A stretch of DNA of 64,000 nt from Okamejei kenojei (Eukaryota): assembly GCA_035221665.1 (NCBI GenBank), contig CM069163.1:17546001-17610000 (forward strand), given 5' to 3'. Shown piece by piece: positions 13,365 through 26,199 of this stretch. Each line of letters starts with the position of its first letter. The stretch's first letter is position 1. The position numbers and the translations under genes are program-made. The notes under the pieces were generated by a model. The model made no database searches. It worked only from the letters and a program-made list of their open reading frames with translations, and was not told where the DNA came from.

Positions 13365-14624
13365 GTAGGTGCAGGAATCAGTGAGATCTGAAATCTGAAT
13401 TTCTTATCCTTGTTTAATTATTATTATTCCACTATTGGGCCAAGGGTAGCGTGAGATATGTGCTCCTGGAGCAACAGCCAACCAACCGCCTGACTATTCT
13501 GTTGCCCTCCGCCAGGTGAGGCAGCAATGCCTGTTAAACGCCCCAGTCTGACTTCCCCTCTGCCACACTGTGGAAAACGTCTGCTTCCTCACAGAGGGAA
13601 ATGGTTAAACACTCAACAGAGGGGATAGTTGAGGGTAGCAGGCAGTGCAAATCTGGTACCCTCCAGGATATGTGGCATTTGTTCCATCGTTCATCGTAAT
13701 AGCATCCGGTTCCAGTGGGTTTTTTTGTGTTTGAAGGAGGTTTAAGTCACATTCAAAACGACCAAGGAACCATGTTAAATAATTAATTGTATTGTTTATA
13801 CTTAGCATCATTACATTAAAAATATCCACAGGGTATGAATATCAGCAGTGTGCTCTCGCATACTACAGTTGATGTCCCATTAAATATATTAATCCATCAC
13901 CGATGATACTATATTGATCCAAACTCAATTAGCTGGAAATATGAGTGAGGTTTCTCCAGTAAATGTCTTTTGGTGAATTTTTGATTATCGAGCTGGGAGT
14001 TGTTCTCGGAATGTCATTGTCAGCTTCGGCTGGTTTTATTCTTGCTTGGAATCAGTTTTTGTTTGGTTATATTACCGGATAATGCAGCAGTTGTTTACTC
14101 AGGGAACTAGCATGTGTGAATTCAAACTCTACCACTTTCTCCTTATCCATCGTGGTCAGAATATGATGGGTGGTGGATATTGACTGAATAGTTTGAGTTG
14201 GAAGAAGATGTTTGGTTCAGGTGGTGGGGTTCCTTGTATCCCGTGGATCTTCTCACCACTCACCCTCCTGTGGTATTGCTCATCATGATTCATCATTTTA
14301 CAATATGACAATTGGCTGAGAAACTAAACTCCTAATGAGCAAGATTCTGAGGATTTTACTGGTGCTCTGATGATTCCATTTCACGGCTTGTTCCATTATT
14401 CTGTAAAATCTACAAAATCACATCCCTTAAACTTACTGAAGCTCCAAGCAGAAGGGGACCGCGATGCCTTTTCTTTTCATATGCTTATCCAATTGCCAGT
14501 TTAAAGTTACTGTGGAATGTAATACCACTATCCTCTGGCGGTGCTGCAGATCATAATAACCCTCTGAACAAAGACATTTCACCTCAATTGCCAATTATTT
14601 TTAATGTGCAACCTCTGGTCATTG

Positions 14625-14842
14625 ATTTACAAGGAACTGCAGATACTGGTTTACAAAAAAATGACACAAAGTGCTGGAGTAACTCAGGGGGTCAGGCAGC
14701 ATCTCTGGGGAACATGGATTGGTGACATTTCATTTTGGGACCCTTCTTCAGACTCCTGAATCTGAAGGAGGGTTCAGACCCGATACATGATCTTCAGGGG
14801 TGTTGCCTGGCCCATTGTTTATTCCAGCACTTCGTGTCCTTT
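14625..14842. mobile_element. Palindromic Penelope-type element (two inverted copies)
   Basis: gacacaaagtgctggagtaac...ttattccagcacttcgtgtc, with a degenerate hammerhead core on each strand. Confidence 0.7.
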
Positions 14843-14879
14843 CCACATAGGCATGTTAGAGTATTTGGTGACATCTCTT

Positions 14880-15235
14880 TAAACCTCTAAAGCAGAGGCA
14901 TTTGAATTTGAAGCTGCTAACTCTCTCCACCATTTGACCCACCGGTGTGTGGTCTTCCGACTTCCCCATTCTGAAGTCAATGATTAGTTGTTGGATTTTG
15001 TTGATGTTGAGCGAGAGGTTGTTGCTGTGATACTGCTCAACCACCTGTTCTATCTCCTGTATTCTGACTCATCACCACCTGTGATTCAGCCAACAGCAGC
15101 GGGTGCATTGGCAAATTTATAGATGGCATTGGAGCGGGGTTTAGCTACATAGTCGTGGGTGTAGAGAGAAGAGCAGGGGGCTAAGCAGGTAGCCTTGAAG
15201 TACACCTGTGTTGATAGTCAGTGAAAAGGAGATCA
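14880..15235 (-). mobile_element. Degenerate Rex1-type RT fragment
   Basis: NNLSLNINKIQQLIIDFR...VERVSSFKF. Confidence 0.7.
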
Positions 15236-15589
15236 TGACTGTTTTCCTAACGTAATGTGCCTAGCATTATAAACATTACTCCTTCTGAATCTTAAAATGT
15301 GATTTGTGAAGATTAAGAATGCCTCCCTTGCATTTATGATCTACACTATTAAGTATCTCATATGTTTGTTAATTATCACATTAACCTTTCTTGACACCTT
15401 CAGTAATATACAAAATCTCATTTGCTTTTCACTATACCACATCTTCAGAACAATGGCATTTAGTTCATATTTCTGCTCATTTCTCCCTCAGAGACTCGCA
15501 TCACACCAAGCCCAATTAAATAGCATTTGTCATACCTTCTTCCCAGGGAAAAAGTGATTCACAGTCTTTTTCCCAAAACAGAGAACTCT

Positions 15590-15826
15590 GAACCACGAGT
15601 GTAAAGGCTTAAGGCGAGAGAGGAGAGATTTAAAAAGGACCGCAGGGGCAACTTTTTCCACTCAGGGTGATTTGCATCTGGAATGAGCTGCCAGAGGAAG
15701 CTATAGAAATGGATAAAATTACGAGTTTCAAAAGGCATTCAGACAGATATATGGATAGGAAGGGTTTAGATGGATATGGGACAAGGTGGACCGAAGGGCC
15801 TGTTTTGTACTATACAGCTCTATGAC
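15590..15826 (+). mobile_element. CR1 LINE 3' fragment
   Basis: Similar to 12530-12790 and 27440-27720. Confidence 0.7.
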
Positions 15827-16323
15827 ACAAATATTTGCCTTATCATCAGTCTTTATCTTCCTGAACTATGCCACTGCCAGTTCACTGTCTACTATACTAT
15901 ATTATCCTGATCTTTGCCATTAAACTCCTTAAATCCAGCTTCAGTTTGTATCCATAATACCAACCCCAACTTGCTACTTTCCTGCATTCACCGCTCCTCT
16001 TTATTATTAACCATTTGCCTCTAATGTCCACATGGAGTCACCAACTGAAATACCTAAAGCTGCTACTTTGTGTATAAATCTGTAATGTGATACTTTATCA
16101 AATATGTTCTTAAAAATATATACATACATCGATTGCACTGCATTTCTTCACTTCTGTTACCTCAAAAAGTGAATTTAATCAGGCTAAATAAGCAACCAGT
16201 ATCAAAATCCCCTCTGAGACAAAACAGTTTCATGACAGCTTACCCACCGTGAAATAGTCCAATTCATATTAAATCTGTATCTTCCCAGTTGCAACATTTA
16301 TTCACCTCAAGTTTTTATCGTAG

Positions 16324-16435
16324 ATTTCGAGGCTCGAGCAGACATGGATGGCTCTTAGACAGCGACACACTGAGGGAGCGATTCTTTATGAAAAGAAGTT
16401 GAAACCGTTCATGAGGAACATGAATGAAGGAAGAG
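16324..16435 (+). CDS. SH2D3C: SH2D3C exon (CDC25-like domain)
   Basis: tcgtAG|ATT...AGAG|GTaaga, 112 nt, phase 0/1. Encodes ISRLEQTWMALRQRHTEGAILYEKKLKPFMRNMNEGR. Confidence 0.95.
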
Positions 16436-17131
16436 GTAAGACCCAGAAGTTCATCTATCAGACATGTTTGTTATTGAACTGTTTTCATATACTGAAAACA
16501 GTCGAATAAAGGGAAGGTGAGAAAATGATTTTAGTTAAGACAACACACCTTCAATGCTTATCCATGGTGGCAATTTGACCCCTGGCTAATTGTGGGATTA
16601 AGGTCCAACGGTCATTTAGTGCCCCATCTGATGATGCACAAATGAGATGTGAGGGATTATAGATTTGAATGGATACAGATCCAATATCAAGAATATCTCT
16701 TAATATGAAGATAATACCATTATTTGAGCGTTTATGAAATAAATGCCTTTGTAAACAAGCTTCATCCTCAACTGAATTTAAAAAAAGGATATTGGTGATA
16801 GAGGAACAGACCAACAGGATGAAATGCTCCCCTATGCAATGTTAGTGCCCCTGTAAAATAGGTTTGAGACAGGGGAGCTGTTGCTACAAAGTGAATTACT
16901 GAGTCAAAGGTCCAGGGGGAAAAGACATTGACAAATATTTGGTGATTTTTTAAATCTTTTTTTTATGGATCAGAATATTTAGCAACTGATTAAATGAACG
17001 AAGTAGAAATTGTAATTAGGCAGATAGTCTGTGCTAAGAGCAGGATTGATGGAACTTCGTAATCTGCACATCTCATTCTAATTTATTTAGCTTTCGGAGT
17101 TTTATTTAAACAATAACTATCTGCCTTTCAG

Positions 17132-17338
17132 AAGCATCTCCATTGACCAACACCACCTTTCCTCACGTGGTTCCTCTCATCACTTTGCTTGAGCGTAATT
17201 TGGCAACGACTGAGAACATTGAGCCCTGGGAGATCAGTGACAGTGGCGTCGAGGTGGTTATGTCACATCTGGAGGCTGCAAGAACAATTGCACATCACGG
17301 GGGACTATATAAAACCAACGCTGAACTGAAACTACAAG
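17132..17338 (+). CDS. SH2D3C: SH2D3C exon (CDC25-like domain)
   Basis: tttcAG|AA...CAAG|GTaaat, 207 nt, phase 1/1. Encodes TTFPHVVPLITLLER...HLEAARTIAHHGGLYKTNAELKLQ. Confidence 0.95.
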
Positions 17339-18289
17339 GTAAATACTTAGAATACTCTCTCTTGCTGAAACAAAGAGTTATATTTAGCATCCATCAATAA
17401 TCTCTCTCTTCCCAGTTATCCCCTCTTTGTTCTAAAGGCCCTAACATCTGCAGGGTTCAAGCCAAATGCCCACCCAGGTACCAAATCCAATCTTTACATG
17501 AGCTTCCACTGCGACTAGCTGTTTAAACACTGTGCTGGCCTGACCTACGCATCTCCTATTGTTTCCTAGCATTGGGCACTGTCAGGAACCAGTGTTGGAC
17601 TTTTCTTCCTTTACTGCTTTGGCACGGGCTGCTGCATCCAACAGAGTGTGACCGCTGCCACCTGGTTGAGGACAGCTCATGTGGCCTTGGCTAGAGACCC
17701 AAACCGATCAATCCCAACCCAAAACATCATTTGTCCATTCCCTCCACAGATGCTGCCTGACCTGCAGCACTATTGTGTGCTTCTCAAGGTTCCAGCATCC
17801 GCAGTTTCTTGTGCGTTCTCATTGATCTGTTTAGTTCAAAGCCACATTTGCTTTGAAGGGAAAGTGGAAAGCAGATAATGTCATGGGAGGATGTAGCTAC
17901 ACACATTCTGACTGTGTTTGTGCCTTGGTCCAGTATGGGAGGAGGGGCTGGCACTGAACAGATGGTGGTTATTTTGTCATGGGAAAGGAAGGAAACCTCC
18001 ATCACAAGGTTATCCTGCACAAGCCTTTTAGATGGTTACAAAACACAATTGGCATGAAGCCAAGAGCAATTTGTTTGTCTGGTTTGGGGAAATAGTGGAA
18101 GCTGGAGGGGGACTTAAAAGTAAGACAATATGCACACATATTCCATTATTACTGTGTAGCAGCTGTCAATACATTGCAGGTACACTGACCCTCTGAGACT
18201 CGGGTTTGGACATTGTCCAAGCTGATAGGTTTTAATATTGGTGGTAAGGCTTTAGCTAGTTGTAAGCTCAGAGCACAGAGAATGCACTC

Positions 18290-19030
18290 ACTTCAGTCCA
18301 GGGAGATGTGTGTGGTTGTTGGATGTCAATCATCCCAGCCCCAGGACATCACTACAAGAGTTCCTCAGGGTACTGTCCTGGACTCAATCAGCGTCAGCTG
18401 CTTCATCAATGACCTTCCACCACTATAAAATCAAAGGGGATGGAGTGTGGGGATGATCACTGATGCCTGCACAAAGTTCAAGCCCATTTGGAACTCCTCA
18501 ACAAATGAAACAGTACATACTCTCAGGCAACAAATACAGGCTGTTAAGTGGCAAATAGCATTGTTGCTACAAAGTGCCAGGCCCTGACCATCTCTAGCGA
18601 GAGGCAGTCTAACCATTTACTCTTGATATTCAATTAATTTACCAATGCTGCGTCCTCTACCTCAATGTCCCCCGGGTCACCGTTGACCAGAAACTCATCT
18701 GCCCCTCCCTCATAAATAAGACGGCTACAAGAGCAGGATATCCTGTGGTTGGGTATCCTGTGGGGAGTGACTTGCCTGCACCACAAAGCCTTAAACCGTG
18801 TACACAGTACAGTCAAGGGTATGATGGAACATGCTCCTCTTGCCCAGATGAGTGTTGCTCTAACAATACTCAAGAGCACAATCCAGTTGTTTGGAATCAG
18901 ATTCACCAGTCTAAACATTTATTCTCTGCTCTACTGGTGCACAAATCTCAGCAGAATGAATCGATGTTTCTCATTTCTGCTACTCACACAGCACCTCTCA
19001 AACCCACATCTTCACCTACCTAGAAAGAAC
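18290..19030 (+). mobile_element. Old degenerate CR1/L2-group LINE RT fragment
   Basis: VPQGTVLDSISVSCFINDLP motif and downstream remnants of the RT thumb. Confidence 0.65.
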
Positions 19031-19055
19031 GGCCAAGGTCCAGAACCAGAAGCTA

Positions 19056-19347
19056 CAGTCTTAGAATAAAGGGGAGGCCATTTAGGACTGAGGTGAGAAA
19101 AAACCTTTTCACCCAGAGAGTTGTGAAATTGTGGAATTCCCTGCCACAGAGGGCAGTGGAGGCCAAATCACTGGATGGATTTAAGAGAGAGTTAGATAGA
19201 GCTCTAGGGGCTGGTGGAATCAAGGGATATGGGGAGAAGGCAGGCACGGGTTATTGACTAGGGACGATCAGCCATGATCACAATGAATGGCGGTGCTGGC
19301 TTGAAGGGCCAAATGGCCTCTTCCTGCACCTATTTTCCATGTTTCTA
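19056..19347 (+). mobile_element. Young CR1 LINE 3' fragment
   Basis: Highly similar to 39140-39430. Confidence 0.85.
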
Positions 19348-19618
19348 ACTGTTCAACAGATGCAAAGGGATATCACCCCCACTGTTTCCCCAACCACGTC
19401 ACACACCATCATGACTTGTACATCACCGTTCCTTAATCATCACTCGATTAAAATGCCCCAACCTAACTTTCATGGATAATAAAGGTCTTTTGTTTTAAAT
19501 TAGAGCAAGTTGAATGATCTGGAACACCATTTGAAAGGAGATGTTCACACCATCCTAGCTTTGTTTTCATAGCGAGCTCACCACACGGCGGCGTCACATT
19601 CTATTTTTCATCCCGCAG

Positions 19619-19794
19619 GTTTTCAGGAGAATGAGCAAGTTCTCGAAGTCTTCAAGACAGAGTTCCAAATGCGGTTGCTGTGGGGCAGCCGGGGAGCAGG
19701 CGGCAGCCAAGCCGAGCGATACAAAAAGTTTGACAAGGTCCTGTGTGCGCTGTCGAACAAGCTGGAGCCTCCAGTCCGTCACAGTGAATTGTAG
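19619..19794 (+). CDS. SH2D3C: SH2D3C last coding exon
   Basis: ccgcAG|GT, phase 1. Encodes FQENEQVLEVFKTEFQMRLLWGSRGA...KLEPPVRHSEL, stop TAG at 19792-19794. Confidence 0.95.
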
Positions 19795-22100
19795 CATGGA
19801 ACACATATCTTCACAAGCCTGGTTAAGGGGATCACTAAACAGGAACTTCCTAGTATTGTTCTCTTCTCATTCACCTATTTCTAGAAATCCCATCTGTTTA
19901 ATGGGCTATCGTAAGAGTCATTGGTAATTCATGTGTGCACAGATTCATAAATAGAAAGAGATGGGCATGGATTTCAAATGTTGATTAACCGTTATAGATC
20001 TTAGAAACTATGACAATCTCTGACTTAGTGCTTTGATAACGTTCTTAATCATTTATTGCCAAGCAGTATGGATCAGAATAGTCCACAGAAAAGCATGTGC
20101 AAAAAGTAATCTTGTTTCATCAAGGTGAACCTTGAGGTGTTACAGAGGGTGTAAAGGAACTTTTCTTTTAGACTGGAAAAGTGGGGAGAAAACTCAATAA
20201 GCAGTTGCAATCCAGTGAGTTTTACTGGGAAGTGGACCTGCATTTGAAATTGGATGAAGCCAAGATGCTACCAGCTTACTGGGACTGACGGTCAAATCTG
20301 TTTTGAACAACAGTCATGTGGCATAAGGTTCTGGAGCCTGAATTGGCACCTTTTAGAAGAGGAACTCAACCACAGTGGAAAACTGATAAATCTTTCAAAA
20401 GGTGACCAAACCCAAAAAGATTTGCACTTTTTCCCCCCCAAAAAATAACCAACAATATTGCAATATGTAGTTATCCAGCATCTTGAATGTGAGGAAATGA
20501 TAGCTGTGAACGTCATGGTGCTCCACTGCCTAAAGGAAATCTAGCCGAATGATGCCTCCGAGATCTAAATGACAAAACAAAATCAACAAAGTCTTAATGA
20601 AAGATGGCAGGCAGCAACCCTTCAGAGGCAAAACTAGGGTTGTTTGGTTTGTTATCCATAAAAATAACATCTGACTGTCTCACTGTGTTAGCTTACCGGA
20701 AAATATACTGTGAGATAAGTTAGGGGTAAGATGGCACATCAGCACTCGATACCCAATACCACTGTATTGGTGGGGAGGGTAATCCCAGACTAATTGGCAT
20801 CAGTAACACCATGCACCCATGTCAACCCAACCGAGTGCAGTGTGAGAGGCATCTCATTTTTGAGATGGCTTGGAGCCTTCTAATAGCAGAGAGCACAATC
20901 TGCACTCTGAAGGCAATGCTGAGGAACAGAGAGTAAAGATACACACAGATGCTGCCCATTACCCGAGCAACTTGTTAGGATGTTTAGCTTCCAATCTTTG
21001 TTCAGTGACCTTCCCCACATGTGAAACATTGATGCCTTGTATGCTTTCCAACCCTCGACAACTGGACTTCTTTGCTTAAACTACTTTGAAGAAAGTTAAA
21101 CCCAAGGAAATATACGCAAGCACTTTCAAGGAGGGAAAACAGTAGACATGCCATGGGAGGGAAGATTTTGGGGGGGAAAGGGTTGTTGCAAAAACGGAGT
21201 AATTGTACTCGTAAGTATCAGGATACTAACCTTTCCTCGGTCCTGTTGGACTCCTGCACATCAAATTGTCTTTCATTGAGGGAGTAGAGAAACTCAACAA
21301 TCTGGAATAGACTCACTCTTTTGTAGCTTTCTGGTTTAAAATGCAGAATTTAACTTGAAAATATGTCATTACCAGTGTACTTAACAGTGTTAGTGAATAA
21401 GGTTAGGGTTAGACGCATAGGTGGTATCTCCCACTGCTGAAGACAATGAACTCTGTAAAAGCTGAAAACAGGCCTTCACCACAGTGCTAACATTTACTGC
21501 TATTCCCAAGAGGTTCCTTTGGGGGAGGGGCAGGCATTATTCTCTTTCTGAGACAGATGCTGCCAAAACTATGCTTTCCGATTCACATACAACACTCCAT
21601 AAAAATTTAAAAGCACTCCATTTGCCATTGGCCATGTTGAATGGCACAACAAATGGAATGCAGGTGCACAGATCCAAACAGACACAACTGAATAGTAGTT
21701 AATACTGTACATGTCCAAAACCACAATCCTGCATCAATTGCCCAAAAAAGGAACATACCTCATATACGTACTAATGTGGTCCTCAGGCCATCTAATTACA
21801 TTTATGTTTAACCGCAAAACTCTTCAGTGTTCTGCTTTTGCAACAATGGCACAGTGTAAATAGAAACAGATGTATATAATGAATATGTCCTTACATAAAA
21901 TTGTCCCATTTGTTACAGAATATAATCTTGGTTGTTTATGAATGATTTAATTTGTATTAAGATGTGTATGAGCGAAAGTAAGTGATCGTACAGTACAGTA
22001 TGTCATTTCTGACTTCATTGGTGCAATTAAAATAATTTTTTTAAATATACGTTGATTAAAAGTTGAGAAATGCTAATAAATTGAAAAAAATGAGAAAATA
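19795..22100 (+). other. SH2D3C: Probable SH2D3C 3'UTR
   Basis: Follows the stop codon, is largely repeat-free, and becomes AT-rich with two ATTAAA motifs and AATAAA at 22075-22080. Confidence 0.55.
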
Positions 22101-22334
22101 ATTGTTTATGGTTTTTAATAATGAAGGAGTTTATCCTTTGGTTGAAGTTCTTGATTTTTCAATTGGTAGCTGTATTTCCCAACAGTTTAATTCTATGTCT
22201 GTGGTGAATTAGTACATCTTGGAGCACTAATTATTTTGGGAATAATTCCCATTTAGAGTGACAACTTTAGTATGATCACTTGAGGAGCTTTAAAAACCAC
22301 ACCCTAGAGTAATGTGAAAAATATACATCTTCTA

Positions 22335-22830
22335 CATGAGCTGGGACGCATCCTCAGTGATGTGACCTGGGGTCATCGGGTGTTTCGGGTCTCACAACAT
22401 CCGACACCCTCGCCCAGGCGACCCAGCCGGGGTTGATCAGGCCCCGACTTGCGTCCCAGCAGCAACCACCCACGGATCAGCCATCTTAATAACTACTCTG
22501 CAGGGGTTGGGAGACTCTAGTGCGTGGAGGGACTGGGCTCTGTGGGGTGACTCCCGGCCGGGCTCCTCCTGCGTCTCACCAGGTTCAAGGCCTGTGCGCT
22601 GCACCTCTTTCTCCTTCTCCGAGCATTTCATTCTCGCCTGATGGATGTTTAGGTCACGATGGTTCATTAGGCCTTTCCGTATCTTTGTTGGGTGTCTTTC
22701 TCACGAAAGACACAGACTGGGGTGCTAACCCAGCCTTTCCCAGGTGCCGTCTTTCCGTGCCGTCAACGGTCACCAATAAAAACTGACAGGAAGATGAACG
22801 CAGGTATTTCTTTACCAGTCAGATTAGGTT
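22335..22830 (-). mobile_element. Internally deleted HERO-like (RLE-clade) non-LTR element
   Basis: The minus-strand ORF joins an N-terminal remnant (LNIHQARMKC...VQRTGLEPGETQEEPGRESPHRAQSL) directly to a C-terminal remnant (IKMADPWVVAAGTQVGA*), followed by a GC-rich structured 3'UTR. Family recognised from memory. Confidence 0.6.
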
Positions 22831-23892
22831 TATTAGGTTCATTAAGTAATGTAATTACCACCTTTCATAACTGTTACCTCTTTCAGTGACCTTGCAGAAG
22901 CTGTACAACAATTATTGACACCTAGAGTTCGCTGACAGACCATTATTTGACAGAGCAATTCCCTTCAGTTAACACATTCCAAAAGCCACAATTTCTGACG
23001 CAAACTATTGACCTTTACCAGTTGACAGTATTTGAGGGAGGGGGGGAGGATGTTTAGCTTAAGTGATTCTCCACAGACTCTTCTACCTTGATGAATGTTA
23101 GTACAGAGGAACACAAAACTCTTTCTATCTTGGCAACCCGGCACTGAGAGCTCTCAAATCACGCACAGCATAGGTCAAACCACAGAACTGAAACTGTCCC
23201 AAAACACCTTCATGCCCAATCTCCACCATTCCCCTTACTTTTATAAGGTGGTATTGTAAAGTTTTCATACTGCATCTCCTGTGGCTATTCAAAACGTGAC
23301 AGATATGTGTGGTCGAGGCATACACACACACAAGAATGGAGCAAAGAATATAAGCTTTCAATATGCAATTCAAGTCTTAAATCCATCCTCAATAAAGTTA
23401 AGACAACTATAGATTAGGCACCTTTTGCAAAATGTTTCAGAAGATGGTGTGTAAATGTGAAAGCTTTATCCAAAATGCACAGCAGTCCAGTTAGAAAACT
23501 TGAACCGTTTTCTGTGGAATGGAAAGAGATGGAATATATTACATATGGTTTCAATATGTTTCCTTCCAAAGGGGCAGAACTTCAAATATTTCAGTACTGG
23601 TATCATCACTGACCAAAATCAATCCAATGAACAGGCAGCTCCCCCAAGTGCTGAAGCAAATTGCAGTATCCAATGATTCGGTGCACCAGTCGTGGAAACT
23701 ATAAACACAAACATCACTTATGGCTCCGATGAACACAAAGTGCTGGAGTAACTCAGCGGGTCAGCAAGCATCTCTGGAGAACATGGATAGGCGATGTTCC
23801 GTATCAGAACCCTCTTCAGACCTTTTGGCTCCTTGCTGCCTCCCTCCTCTTTTTCAAATAAAAGTCATAATTAATTCCAAAATTAGAGCTTA

Positions 23893-24181
23893 GCGGCATG
23901 GTGGCACAGTGGTAGAGTTGCGGCCTTACAGCGCCAGTGACCCGGGTCCATCCTGACTACGGATGCTGTCTATAGCGAGTCTGTACGTTCTCACCGTGAT
24001 CGCCTGATCCTGTTACCTCCCACGTTTCAAAGACGTACAGGTTTGCAGATTAATTGGCTTTAGTAAAAGATTATAAATTGTTCCTAGTATGTAGGATAGT
24101 GCTAGTACGAGGATCGCTGGTCGGCATGGATTCCATGGGCCGAAGGGCCTGTTTCCGCACTACATATCTAAACTAAACTAA
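23893..24181 (+). mobile_element. tRNA-derived SINE (HE1/V-SINE-like), full length
   Basis: A-box tggcacagtgg, degenerate B-box, CR1-like 3' end gggccgaagggcctgtttcc, and an (aacta)n tail. Confidence 0.85.
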
Positions 24182-25037
24182 AGGAAGTGATAAAGGCAGA
24201 TGCAATTAAATAGCACTTAGATAAACACATAAATTGAAAAGGTTTGGAGAGGATTTGGGCCAGGCATATACAAATGGGATAGTTAGGTTAGGCAACTTGG
24301 GCAGCATGGATAAGTTGGGCTAAGGGGCTTGCTTCTGTGCTCTAGTGGTTGCACCATTGGGAATCTCATGCACATAACCACATTCTTGAAAGGATGGTCA
24401 ATTGGGAATGGCAGAAACACCATAAACTGGACCAAGCCTGCCGGATTTTCCAGCATCTACAGTTCCTTGATTTTCCAGCATCTGCAGTTCCTTAGATTTT
24501 CCTGCATCTGCAGTTCCTTCTTAAACACCAAGCCTGATCCTGCCCTTAGCTTGCCATCAACAACTTCCATTAGTGCATGCCTAACACTGCAAATAAGTGG
24601 AATTTGCAGTTAACTTTCACCACAGCCTGCTTCCACCCTAGTTCAGCCAAGCAATTAAGTATTGTAGCAATGTTGACTTCAATGTTTAGAGCTATAAAAT
24701 ATTATCCAGCTAATTGCATAAACAGACCTGGTATTCTCTATTATCTTGAATGCATCTTAACTTACCCAATATCTTAGTAGTGACAGAAGAAGGCAACATG
24801 GAAATGTGGGCTTTATTCTATATAATATCAGTCATTGAAATGCATTAAAGTGATATCCCTCTCGATCTTTACTCCTACTTTACAAATACTTAGGCTCTGA
24901 ATGCCAGCAGGTACATGGTATACCATCTCTTGCAGATTCCTATCAAGTCACTTATTATCTTTACTTGAAATTCCATTAAGGAATATACAAAATGCTGGAG
25001 TATCTCAGTGGGTCAGGTAGCATCCCAGGAGAACATT

Positions 25038-25670
25038 GAGTAAGTAAGTAAGTAAGTAGGTTTATTGGCCAAGTAGTCACATGCAAGGAATTTGCCTTGG
25101 TGCCCCGCCCACAAGTAATAACATGACATAATGTGACAGTTACAAATGACTCAGAAAACACTAAACATTAATGATAATAAAACATTAATGATAAAACATC
25201 ATTGATCAAGCATGTGAACCAACAAAATGCCAGATCAAAGGGAGGCTACAGATTTTTGACTGTTGAGTAGAGCAACTACTCGTGGATAAAAACTGTTTTT
25301 ATGTCTGGCTGTGGCAGCTTTGACAGTCTGGAGTCGCCTTCCAGAGGGAAGTGATTCAAAGAGTTTGTGGCCAGGGTGAGAGGGGTCAGAGATGATCTTG
25401 CCCGCTCGCTTCCTGGCCCTTGCAGTGTACAGTTCATCAATGGAGGGAAGGTTGCAGCCAATAGCCTTCTCTGCTGATCAGACGATTCGCTGCAGCTTCC
25501 AGGTGTCGTGCTTGGTGGCTGAGCCAAACCAGACCATGATGGAGAAGGTGAGAACAGACTCCACGATGGCCGTGTAGATTTGGACCATCATTACCTGTGG
25601 CAGATTGTGCTTCCTCAGCTGCCGCAGGAAGTACATCCTCGGTTGTGCCTTTTTGACTGTGGAGTCAATG
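25038..25670 (-). mobile_element. 5'-truncated Rex1/Babar-type LINE
   Basis: Minus frame reads KKAQPRMYFLRQLRKHNLP...DPSHPGHKLFESLPSGRRL...KNSFYP, followed by AATAAA and a (TTAC)n tail. Confidence 0.85.
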
Positions 25671-26199
25671 GTAGGTGACGTTTTGGGTCAGAACCCTTCT
25701 TTGATCTCAACCCGAAACGTCAACCCGATCCATATTCCCCAGGGATGCTGCCTGATCCTTCAGTTACTCCACCATTTCGTGTATTACCTTTGCAAGCGAG
25801 CATCCACTGTTTCTTGTTTCTACTAATTGAAATTACACTATCATTGTGGCTCTGAATCCCAGAACCCATTATCTAAAAGATGCGAGCGTCTTCACCAGAG
25901 GGACTGCAATGATTCAAGAAACTCACCACTATTTTCACAGGGAATCCTAGCATTAATCACATCTCTGTATAAATTAAGACATCAGCTATCTAGAATCAGC
26001 TGAAGATAAATGTATTTACAAATGATTGTTGTAAATCTTTTGAAACTTCTATGCCATACACTTTGGACATCAATTACAAAATAAATTCAAGCATGATATG
26101 GATAGATTGAAAGAAATTAAGAGATTGTAAATGAGACAAAAAAGTGAGGTTGATGTAGAATGTTGTCAATGACATTACCAAATCGTAAAACAGGCACAA

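Noticed and set aside
22345-22400. Hammerhead in the HERO-like 3'UTR (GAAAC...GGUC...CUGAGGA on the minus strand)
   Set aside because: Stems I and III cannot be formed convincingly.
22700-22830. HDV-like ribozyme at the 5' end of the HERO-like element
   Set aside because: I could not build the nested double pseudoknot by eye.
23893-23970. tRNA gene
   Set aside because: It is the tRNA-derived head of a SINE and continues into the SINE body and tail.
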